In this document: positions 1 to 10,354 of the stretch, in pieces
Layout: each line of letters starts with the position of its first letter
How positions within the stretch are numbered: position 1 is the first letter of the stretch
Source: Pavona decussata
Lineage: Eukaryota
DNA: 64,000 nucleotides
NCBI GenBank assembly: GCA_977016875.1
Contig: CDRNST010000052.1
Location: forward strand, 496,001-560,000
Direction of reading: 5' to 3'
Translations under genes and position numbers: made by a program
Notes under the pieces: model-generated
Told to the model about the DNA's origin: nothing
Database searches by the model: none
Seen by the model: only the letters and a program-made list of their open reading frames with translations

Positions 1-923
1 TCCCGAAAGAACGCTTATTCCTTTCGTTCATTTCTTTCATTCTGCTATCAAAAGAACACAAATACCGTCTATTTTGAGAATTCATATTCTGTAATAGTCC
101 CAAATGAACGCGCCTTTGAGCTTACGTATTCAATTCCGCCGGCAACACCGGAAAAAGACGGATCTAAACAACTCGATAATTTTTGTGGCACCCTTTGGTG
201 AATCCGGCATCCCTCCACCAAAACGACCCGTGACAAGTAATGTGCGGTCTTTTGTTTGCATACAAAATTAGATACATAAGCTTTCTGTCACGAACTTAAA
301 ATGTAACTTAGGACAAAGTTTGTTTACGTTTAATAATTACCTGACTCGATCCCGCCGATTATTCCGGAAAACGAAGGGTCGTCCCCAAACAATTCAATAA
401 TTTTTTGGGTCGCACTTTGGCTTAGGTCCTCCACCGGTCTTCCTTTGGGCTGTGGAGAATTGGCTGTGCTCTTTCTTTGCGTTGCCGACCATTCTTCGCC
501 ATTTATCTTTCACTTCCTGCACCGACCGCAAACAGACGCCGAGCGAATTCACTTTATCCGTAATTTCCTCCCATACCTTCTTTTTGTTTGCATTGGACAG
601 CGTAGAGGAAAACTTACTCCTGATGACTTCCAAGTTTTCTTCAGCCAACTCGCAAAGTAAGGCGCATTCCGCAGCTGAAAAATTAGCCTTTCGCGTACGC
701 TTATTTAAATTTTCCGCCATGTTTTTGCGCGAACTCCTCGCGAGCTAGTCACGTAGTTTATCACCATGGCAACAATTTGGCGAGTGGATAGTTATTCGCG
801 GTCCTATTCAGGCTTCGTGCAACGACATTTTATCCAGCGGATAACTATCCACTGGATAGCAAATTTATCCAGCGGATAGGCCTATCCGGTGGATAAGTTA
901 TCCGCTCTTTGAACAACCGGGGC
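1..923 (-). mobile_element. One end of a PIF/Harbinger DNA transposon (rest lies left of the window)
   Basis: Terminus ...TTATCCGCTCTTTGAACAACCGGGGC (to 923) followed by CTG (CWG-type target). Repeated palindromic TTATCC/GGATA motifs at 830-904. Contains the Myb-like gene. Confidence 0.7.
341..720 (-). pseudogene. Myb/SANT-like DNA-binding (MSANTD/NAIF1-type) gene of a Harbinger transposon, frameshifted near 420
   Basis: ORF 394-720 has the trihelix signature (RKANFSxxE...KKKVWEEITDKVNSLG..RSVQEVKDKW...RKTGGG). The expected continuation ATQKIIELFGDDPSFSGIIGGIES lies in a shifted frame and ends at a GT donor (340-339). Confidence 0.75.
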
Positions 924-1379
924 CTGGAGACATGCAACATGAAATGCGCGGGAAAACTTCCAACCAAACGTTGTGGCAGCCGGTGCCAAAACAGCTACAG
1001 TCAAGACGTCCATAGATTTCGAGTGCTTGATTTTGCAGAAATATCCGTAAAGCTTAGTGAAAGACAAAGCCGATACATCTGATATATACCGCCTTATCAT
1101 ATAAGCTTAAATATAGTTCGAGGGATAGTTCTTGGAAGGGAGAAAAAGCTGCAGACCTCACATTATGGTAAGCTCTGCTGGATAATATCATAACCATAGA
1201 TTCTAAGTTGCTTTCGGTTGGCACCATTTTGGCTCATTTTTGATCAGGCAAAGTGATTTTCTCGTTCTGAAAAATTAATTATCCACAGACATTAAGTTTA
1301 CAGGCTCGCCTTGGGCAGCAGAACAGGAATACTGCTTAGTAGCTCTCATTAAGGTTTGACAAATGGTCCATGTGGCGAC

Positions 1380-1952
1380 TCAAGAACCAAACATCGGCCT
1401 CATTTTTACACGATTTCTGACGCCATTTGTTGGGAACAGCCTACGAGCGGAGTCTTGCCCCCGCGCTAAGAGAGAATTGTAAGCAGAATTTTTTTAACGG
1501 TGGATTCAGAGCTGAACTTTTTATATTTGTAATTTTTCTCTTTCTTTGAACCCATGCAATCAATACAAAAAATAAAGAATTATTGTTATATATGTACCTC
1601 AGTTATGTAATTCACCTGATCGAAAATTAGTCATTTAGCCCTTTATAGACTTTGCGACGTTCGCAAACTGACATTAGCTTCTTTCATGTCGCTTATCATG
1701 ATTTCATGAGTATGCGATTTGCATATCTTCAAATAAGGAAGGTTTAAAAATTTCGCCACCTGAATTTTCCCTTATATTTGACGGAAACAATTTTAGAACA
1801 AATACCCTTTACAAGATGTATTTACCGTCAAAAGCCGATAAATCCGACCGGAGTTACAGAAGTTCAAAGTCGACCAATTTTAGCATGTTTGACTCCAGCC
1901 AAGATGGCGTCACAAACCGTGAATAGAATAGCACAGTATATATTGGTCTTAA
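1380..1952. mobile_element. Degenerate non-autonomous DNA element with TTAA-type end (Kolobok/piggyBac-like)
   Basis: Imperfect inverted ends (TCAAGAACCAA / TTGGTCTTAA). Subterminal CACGATTTCTGACGCCATT pairs with GATGGCGTCACAAACCGTG. Confidence 0.4.
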
Positions 1953-3212
1953 GCTTAACCCGGTGACCGACTATTAGGCAGACTCGCTATCTGATTGGCT
2001 ACTCAAGGTCGTCCTTATTTCGCGTGACCAACTGGGAGCGAATTATTAAAAGGAAATGACTGGCCAGAAAAAGACCGCTTTTACCGGGTTTCTTTGTTTA
2101 AAATATCGGTTTTGATAAAATTAGTTATGATAAAATGGCTTGCTCTTGGTTTCTATTGATCAACTGATAGTTCGCTCGAGGCTTCGCCTCTTGCCAATTT
2201 CAACCAATAGAAACCATCTTGTTATATAACAATGTTGAGGTCGCGTGACCTTGTTTTCTTAATTTTGATACCAATGATAAGGGGGCAATTTTCTTTTATT
2301 TGCAGTTGCTTGGGAAATACTGTGGGTAATCTATGAATGACCATCTTTTCCAAAGCAATCTTTGTTACTTACATCATTGATCAAAGGAGGGTTTAAGAGA
2401 TGTCTCGCACATAACTTGACGATTATTTACCAAGAAAACAGTAAGTCATACTATCCTACATGCATATGGTGGCCGAATAAATCCTTCTCTGATGATGTCA
2501 TTCGGGATCTTCAACAAATTTGATGTGGTCTTTCTTTTACCCAAATGCACTAAACGGTTTACAAGCATCAATTCTCCTTACTTTTTAGCAACCACTGGAA
2601 ATTGGGTTAAGTCAATGCTGGCGATGTAAGGTAGGGGTAAAATAACTACCCGTTCTTTGCATCACACTCTCCGCAAAGAAGGGCCGGGGTAGGGGCACAC
2701 TCACACAAATACAAACACAACAAGCAATATTCTCTATTTCTCAACATTTTATTTCCTATCTTTTCTGTTTTGCCATCTTGGTTATAGGAAACTATTTTTT
2801 TCTTCTTCAAAAATTCAGTAGTGTTATAAATTATAAAAACTCAACGTTCTTTTAGCAAGTCTTTTAAAAACTTGTCCAATAACTTTACATATCCCCTTGA
2901 GAAATATAATTTCAAATACGTGGCATATTTTATCTATTCAGGGTACACACAACAGCAAAGGTAACAACTGAAAAATTCCACTTAACAAGGTTGGTTTCAA
3001 TATTTGCAACCAAACAGTTATCAATACAAGATAAAACATTCTATATTTATATACCATATTGTATTATTTAACAAAATAATAAAGAAAGCACTGGAACCTT
3101 ACTCTGGCAATTTACTGCTGCTATTTGGACTAAGGCTGATCCAAATAAATGGGAGAAAGGAGAAAGGTATTCTGAATCAGCAAAACTTAACAAGTCCACA
3201 AGATCGCCTAAA

Positions 3213-3361
3213 TGAAGGGGTGCGTGGAATAAGGCCCTAAGTGACTTTTAATGTTAGGTCAAATTCTCCTTTTGTTTCACAAGCAAATACAATGAAACTT
3301 GGAAGGAGAATCTAGCTATTTATCAGAAGTCACTTAGGGCTTCTTTCCAGGCAGCCCTTCA
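3213..3361. mobile_element. 149-bp MITE-like inverted repeat downstream of the LATS stop
   Basis: TGAAGGGGTGCGTGGAATAAGGCCCTAAGTGACTT pairs with AAGTCACTTAGGGCTTCTTTCCAGGCAGCCCTTCA. Confidence 0.65.
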
Positions 3362-3444
3362 AATGGGAACCCATTAAGTTCTGCCCAAGCAAAACAGCAA
3401 AAGGACAAAAATTGATTTGTTCCATGAAAGGGCCTCAAAATTTG

Positions 3445-3491
3445 CACCCTGCGAGCAGAGCCTCCTTTTGTCTTTTTCTGCTAGCAGGGTG
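3445..3491. mobile_element. 47-bp mini-transposon with 9-bp TSD
   Basis: Ends CACCCTGCGAGCAGA / TCTGCTAGCAGGGTG, flanked by CAAAATTTG at 3436-3444 and 3492-3500. Confidence 0.8.
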
Positions 3492-4248
3492 CAAAATTTG
3501 GTGAGAAAGGTGAAATTTAATTTTCTTTAAATAGCAACAGGAGACGAACACAAGTGTTACTGTATACATATTCAACCTACACAACTTTTTTACTAGTATT
3601 ATGACACAACCACTGTAACTAGAACAAGGAGGCCTGACTGTTAAATGTTTGTGTGTGATAGCAGGCCCACCAAGTGCATAGTTTCATAGTTTTATGAAAA
3701 TATATGTTTGAATCCCCTCAGATATTATGGACTACTTGTGATGGAAAAAAGATTTTTTTCCAAGGCAGCAAACTTTCCTAACATGGAGAAATTAATTCTT
3801 GTTTTCAGAGGAACAAAAATTTCACAAAGACTGCAACATAACAGAAGGCTAGCTAGCATTTTCAGAAAGCAAACAGCAGCTCAAAAATTTGGGAGATAAG
3901 ATTCCTTTCCTTAGATTTTGCGTGACTTAATTACACAATGCTGCCAATGAACCCGAGAACAGAAAAAAAGTGTGTTAGGTTTGAAAACCATGAAACTATC
4001 TTGGAAGCAGAAAATGACATTTAAATATTTTGCTTAGACTTTTTCATTGGGTTCTCCAGTAAAATGATGTAAATAACTCAAGGGCAATGAAAGAAACAGT
4101 GTTAGCCACAACATAAAAACAGTTCACAGGAGCAGCGATGGACATGGTGAAATAAACCTACACATTTCTTACCCCACTACAAGACCATATCATGTGACCA
4201 TTTATGTGCTAGTAACTACATTCTCAATTGACAATATTACTATACCAC

Positions 4249-4725
4249 TTAAACATAAACAGGTTCCTTAGTAGTGTCACAGCTACTTTCATCCGATGAA
4301 TATCGCCGTGATGAGGCATAGTTTATTCCACCATCATTAAAAAACCTTCGGAATGTGAACTCGTAGAATGCATGCTCGGGATGCCGGCCCTGTCTATGTG
4401 ATGGTGGCACTGATGCTGCACAGTCCTCGTCATTGGCTGCAAGATCAGCTTCTTCATCACTACTCCTTCTTTCTGGCTCATCCATGGCGTCAAAGTTTGA
4501 TGTGTCGGTAGGGGAAGCAATATGTGGACGATATGGTGCTTTCATGCGACGCACACCATAACTCCAGTCAACATCACGAAAGAAAGGGTGGTTCTTGATT
4601 TCTTCAACTCCATTTACCCCAAGCCTTCTGTCTTGACTTGTGCACAGCCTCAAGATCAAATCCCTGGCCTCTGGACTGAGTTCGGCTTGTTTTGGGATGT
4701 GGAGAGTTGTTTCCCAGTTGATGAC
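4249..4725 (-). CDS. LATS: LATS/Warts kinase, last coding exon (kinase C-lobe end and AGC C-terminal domain)
   Basis: Acceptor tgcag|GTC. Encodes VINWE..LSPEARDLI, DTSNFD, the hydrophobic motif HAFYEFTFRRFF and C-terminal EPVYV. 477 nt, phase 0. Confidence 0.96.
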   Translation of the reverse strand, partial: VINWETTLHIPKQAELSPEARDLILRLCTSQDRRLGVNGVEEIKNHPFFRDVDWSYGVRRMKAPYRPHIASPTDTSNFDAMDEPERRSSDEEADLAANDEDCAASVPPSHRQGRHPEHAFYEFTFRRFFNDGGINYASSRRYSSDESSCDTTKEPVYV

Positions 4726-4823
4726 CTGCACAAACAAAAGTTACAAAAACATTAGTTTGTGTTGAAAATGTTGAGAAAATCATCTTTAGAGAGGAACTCA
4801 CTCCTTCACCAGCTTATTACTAA

Positions 4824-5357
4824 GGGCCTGTTTACAAGGAGAGAGGGTAACCCTAGTGGAAGGGTTACCCTAGCACCTGCACATTTCCTTTTCTACACAA
4901 CGTGTTTACAAGGCAAATAAGGTTACCCTGGCACCAAGGTGACACAAGCTAAGCACTAGGGTTACCCTAGCTCCAGGGTAACCCTACCTGCCTAGTAAAT
5001 GCTCTGCTAGGGATAACTTGCCTATCCAGGACAACTTTGTACTTGTTTTCAGACCCTTTGAAAAGATGTTCAAAGAGTGGTCAAAGTGACAAAACGAATA
5101 TGAATGGGTATGAACCGGTTTTCAATACTGCCATTTTCAACTTCCCTCACTCACAGAAACTGAAAATGTTTCTTGTGAACAGTCTACAAGCCAATTTTAC
5201 AACTTTTCTCCGCTTTTGCCCGCTTTGCACTTTCTGTATAGTTGACCTGAGTGATAGGATAACCCTGAAATTTTGCTGTAAGCCCGGGTTATCTTTAACC
5301 CTGCTTGCCAGGGTAACCTTAGCACTTCGGTTACCCTCCTTCCTTGCAAACAGGCCC
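4824..5357. mobile_element. PIF/Harbinger (Tourist-like) MITE in LATS intron
   Basis: TIRs GGGCCTGTTTACAAGGAGAGAGGGTAACC / GGTTACCCTCCTTCCTTGCAAACAGGCCC, TAA on both sides, internal GGTTACCC/GGGTAACC repeats. Confidence 0.88.
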
Positions 5358-5761
5358 TAAGAAGCCTATTTACCAACACCTTAACACCTCTTGGTAAGGT
5401 TGTTTTCTGATTCTTGTTTGAAGACCAAAATAAGTAATCACATCAAACACGTATAATGTCTTTTATTCTCCGGTAAGAGGTGAGTGCCAAATATGTGTAA
5501 AAATGCATAAATTCAAAATAATGGTTCTTTCTGGTTTGCCCCTGGATTAAAAACAAATCTGCTGTAAGCTCTGGTTTGGTTGGAAAGCATTGCACTTTGC
5601 ACTTGCTTTTTAACCAATTGATCTCAGTACTATACCACAAAGCAAAATACACACACAGTACTTTTCTCTTTTCCACTCACACATATTTGGCTGTGAATGT
5701 TCCAACTGACTTTGACCTAAGAAAGGATTAAAAACAAAACACTGCTTCAATGTTTGCCTAC

Positions 5762-8086
5762 CTTCAACTGAGTATCAGCAGGAGAGTTCGCCATAAATGG
5801 GGGTTGTCCAACAAGCATCTCATACATTATCACTCCTACTGACCACCAATCACAAAGCTGTGTGTAACCACTCCTTTGCAGCACCTCTGGGGCAATATAG
5901 TTGGGAGTACCAACTAATGAATGTGCAAGACTCCTCATGTGCTTACGGAAGTGCCGCTTCTCCAGTGGCTTCATTTCTAACAATGACTTCTGTATTAGAT
6001 GATCATTGTAATTGGGTGGATAGTCCATAACATCCCACGGGAGCACACCCCACTCCATGCTTTGCTGCCGTTCATGCTCGCCTTTCTGATAGTACTTGGT
6101 GTCATGAGTCCAGCGGAAGCCAGTGCAAAGCCCAAAGTCCGTCAGTTTGATGTGCCCATCTTTATCAATCAACACATTGTCAGGTTTAATGTCACGATGA
6201 ACAAACCCCATTCTGTGCACAGACTCAATAGCTAGAACAAGTTCAGCTATGTAAAATCTCGCCAGATACTCAGGAAATATGCCATATTTAATCAAAAGAC
6301 TCATCAAGTCTCCACCTGGAATGTAGTCCATTACAAAATACAGGAATTTCTCATCCTGAAATGAATAGTACAGTTTCACCACCCACTCATTGTCAGCCTC
6401 GGCAAGAATGTCCCTTTCAGCTTTCACATGAGCTACTTGGTTGCGCTTCAGGACCTCAGACTTCCGAAGGATTTTCATTGCATACAACATATTTGTGTCT
6501 AGTTTCCGCACAAGCCACACCTCTCCAAATGCACCAGTTCCAATCTTGTTTATTTTGTCAAACATTGTGATGTCCATCTTTGTTCGCTTCAAGCGATTGT
6601 AGTTTGTCTCTTTTTGCCACAAAGTTTGTCTCATTTGGTTCCGTGCATCGGGAGATAGTCCTACCATCTGCATCTCTTCTTCCAACTGTACACGCCGTTT
6701 CTGTCGCTCCTCTGTTGACTTCATAACATTCTCAAAGTGTTGCTCAAAATAAAATTTTGTTGCAGCAGGAGAGAGGTTCTTTAGTTTGGATTTCTCGACT
6801 CTTAGTTGTCGTAACCGTTGACCTGAAGTGAGAGTCTCCATATCAGATTCTGACATTTGATCGTCCTCCTCAGTAGATGGTATCGCACTGTCCTGAGTTT
6901 CCATGTTTGGAATTGGACGCCTTTTATGTGAATTAGGTGACTCAAGCCGGTACACGACTGTCCCAGTTAGATTTGTAACTTTTGTTGGCCCCTCAATACT
7001 GAACGAAGAATCTGACAATGGTGAGGGAGGTCCACTATCATTACATGAACTGGACCACGGCATTTCATCGCTGATGGATCCAGAGTTTGAAGACGTTTCT
7101 GTATTCCAGGAATGCCTCCAGTGCTCTGGAGGAGGGACTGGAGATCGTGATGATGTGTGTGGTACATAATTCTGCCAGTTGGTCTCTGACATGCTGACAT
7201 CTGAGCTCCCCAAAGGTCGTTTCGCCACAGGAGCATATGCAGGTGGTGGATGACGTGTTGGATCAAATGACTGAATAAAGTGAGGCACAGGACCCTGCGA
7301 TACTGGTGGTACAGGGGAACTGGAGTGGCAGACCACATCAGCATGTGCCCCTTGAACAACAGTAGGAATAACACGCTGAGCAGGAGCTTGGTAGTACTGT
7401 CCTTGAGACTGTGCTTGGATGTTTCCAGAAGAGCTTGTTGGAAATTTTGTTTGAACAAGTATATTAAAAGACATACCATTTGAACCATTTCCTGCTACAG
7501 CAGTTCTCCCAGTTTGGCAATCATCCATAGGAGAAGAGTTACTAGACAAATTAAGTTGTGCTGTTACATGAAATTGTGGAGGTTGCTGATTACCCCCAGA
7601 AGGGTTTACAGGGGAAACAACGGGATTCCATGCTGGCTGCATTTTAGGAGCAGTTCGTTCTGCAAACCTTTGCTGACCAGGTGCCAGCACACATGGTCCC
7701 TGCCATGGTTGTGGGGCAACTGTTGCAACATTACCTGATCTCTGAATGCGCCACTCTGCCTTCATGGACTCTGTTGAAGGTCTAGCTACAGAAGCCTGCA
7801 TTCCTACTGGAGCCACAGGTGGATGTCCCATTTGCACTGGGTTTTCTACGCCCAGCATGGGAGAGTCGGCTCTTTTAGTACTACTGTTCAATGATTCTTG
7901 CGAGCCTTTCCAAGGCATGCGATGGACTGCTGCATTGTATGGGGGAGGCAACTGCGTACGGCTCCCACTTGTTGAATTTGAACCAAAATTTACTCTGCTA
8001 TAGCCATTGCCAGATGCCAACATTTTTTCTATTTTTTCCTCGACAGTCCTGCCTGGTGTCAATCGCAAGGCTTCTGTTGCCATATC
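5762..8086 (-). CDS. LATS: LATS/Warts kinase, large central exon (end of UBA, PPxY region, MOB1-binding region, most of kinase domain)
   Basis: Boundaries ctcag|GAT and AAG|gtaggc, 2325 nt. Motifs GTGAFGEV, YAMKIL, HVKAERDILAEADNEWVVKL, HRDIKPDN, DFGLCTGFRWTH, AHSLVGTPNYIAPE. Confidence 0.97.
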
Positions 8087-9198
8087 CTGAGAAAAGACAT
8101 GTTACAAAATTATGAGGATACAAATAAGAATGGTCCAAGTTGCTCCATTTGAGAACTTCATATCAAGTAAAAATCATCAACATTTAATCGACCCAAAGAA
8201 GCTGAAATGGAAATCATATGCTCCAAGGGAGAGAAAGGTTTCAATCAACAAGTCAACATTCATGAGGGTTTAAGATGACTTCACGGGATTCAAAAAATGC
8301 GAGTGCCGTAATTTGATATTTTAATCAAGGATTATTGACAACTATTTAAAGTAGAAACAGTTATCAGTCTGGGCTAATGATAACTCGGGGCAAGGATGTT
8401 TGCTGTAGATAGAAGTTACCAAACTACTGACACTGACTCTAATCAACATGCTGAACTAGAACGCACTCGAACAAAATACCTCAAAGTTTCGATTTCGAAC
8501 GAATGAACGTTCACATCACATTCACGTTGACTAAGCACGTGACTGACAAAAAACACGACCGCAATTTCACAGCGTAGGGAAATTATAAATGCCTAAATCC
8601 AAAGAATCTGTAAAAGCTACTCCTCTGCTGACTTCAGCTTCGGGCAGAGAGGCCTTGACTCACACTCAGTACGAGAACAAGGACATTCGACAGAGAGCTG
8701 AAATTGCGCACCAGATAATACAATGCAGCGGACACTGTAACATAACACGAAAATTTACCAGTAAAGCAATCGGGCGAAAAATCGCTTGCCTTGGCCTGAC
8801 AGAAATACCGTTGAGAAACTCATTTTGCTACTTTACGAAATGAAATGAAGCCTGCCGAACCCCAAAATACATCAGTCTATTGCGTATTGAGCGTTGGCAG
8901 TAAGGCGGCGTACCGAGAAACAATGAAAGCCCTCTTGTGTACTTTTACGAAGAAGTAAATATAAGCGATTTTGCATGAATTTCTTGCTAGCTGTGTCGGT
9001 GTAATAAAGTTAGTGTATTTTAGACTGAACATACCTAGCTAACAATAAACCGACTTCTACATAAGCATTAGACTGTTCTGCATTAACCACGTCCGAACGA
9101 AACAATGATAATAGAATAATTACAGGTATAGTAACATAAAAGCTTTAGCGTGGCTAATGGAAAGTGCATGAACTTTAATTTCTGCGTTACAAGCATAC

Positions 9199-9606
9199 CT
9201 CGTCTAAACCAATCGCCCTCAGCTGTTCCAAAATTTGTTTGTTGATGGTTTCTCCGACCGGTTGAGTGCTACTGGGGCTCTCGGAACACGACGAATAGCC
9301 TGATTCTGGCGTCTCAAAGGGCTTTAGACTGCTCCTTATTTCTGCTAGAGCTCTGGCATGCCCGCTAAACCGGCGACTTGGGTTGTGCACCATTGGCTTG
9401 TTCGAAACGCCAACTCCGCTCGCTTGAGCCGTTTGTTCAACACCGGTCGAGTTTATTTTCGATATCGTGTTCGAAGCGACCGTTTGCTGTGTAGTTCTTA
9501 CTTCGGGTTGCCTCGTCAAATGCTTCAAACTCTGCTTTATGTCTCGGAGCATTTGCTGGTGATTGCCAACGTAGATCTTCGGCTTCGGTTGCTCTCCTTC
9601 CGCCAT
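9199..9606 (-). CDS. LATS: LATS/Warts kinase, first coding exon (N-terminal conserved helices, start of UBA)
   Basis: HQQMLRDIKQSL and HARALAEIRSSLKPF match LATS N-terminal motifs. GAG|gtatgc donor joins in phase to give GLDE|DMATEALRLT (UBA). Total protein 1069 aa. Confidence 0.92.
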
Positions 9607-10328
9607 TTCGTCGTTTTCGAAGTTTGTATGCGGTTTTCTTTGCGATCGCAGATTTGCGAAGCGTTTGGACTAAAATTCCCGACAATGAAGCACTCTCTAA
9701 ATGGCCTTATCACGACAGATCCCAAAATAAAGTCCAAGAACTCGAGCCCTTCAGCGATGAAATTATCTGCTCCGATAACTCGCCAGCTTAGAGATTCTCA
9801 AATTCCATTGTTGAATATGTAAGAATACAGTTTCACGTTGTCTAGTTTCGCAACGGGAATATTAATGATTTGGAAGTCTCAGACGCTCTCTTGTCTGTGA
9901 GAAGATCCACTAGTAGAAAATATCAAGCGAAGGAACCTCGAGTCGCGTTGAAACTAGTCTGTTATAGCTGAGAGCTTTTTCTCACGCAATAGGATATTTG
10001 ACATTCCACATAGAGGTCCAAGTATCACCTCACTCAAAAGTTATTACGACCCAAAATACACTTCCGATCCCCGACTGTAGAATGCAGAGAATCTTCCTGT
10101 ATTTTCCCACCAAGGTTAACTCTTGTCTTCACCAGGCTTGTACGATTCCCCAAAACCTGCGAAAATGGAGAAATACTTCAGAGGCCGTGATAAGGGCAGA
10201 CAGATTAGCTTGACAAAATTTATTGTTTGCTATGCAAAAGAATTACGAACCTGACATGGTCCACCCCCTCAGACATAAAAATCAAGTTAATTGGCACATA
10301 GCGATCGTGCCTCGCATTTGCGCTTTGT

Positions 10329-10354
10329 GATTGGTTCCTCGCTGCCATGGTAAC
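10329..10354 (-). promoter_or_regulatory. Putative LATS promoter: CCAAT box and RFX X-box-like site
   Basis: GATTGG at 10329-10334 and GCTGCCATGGTAAC at 10341-10354, about 730 bp upstream of the ATG. Confidence 0.4.

Noticed and set aside
5797-8115. Overlapping + strand and alternate-frame ORFs within LATS exons
   Set aside because: These are shadows of the real coding frame with no recognisable motifs.
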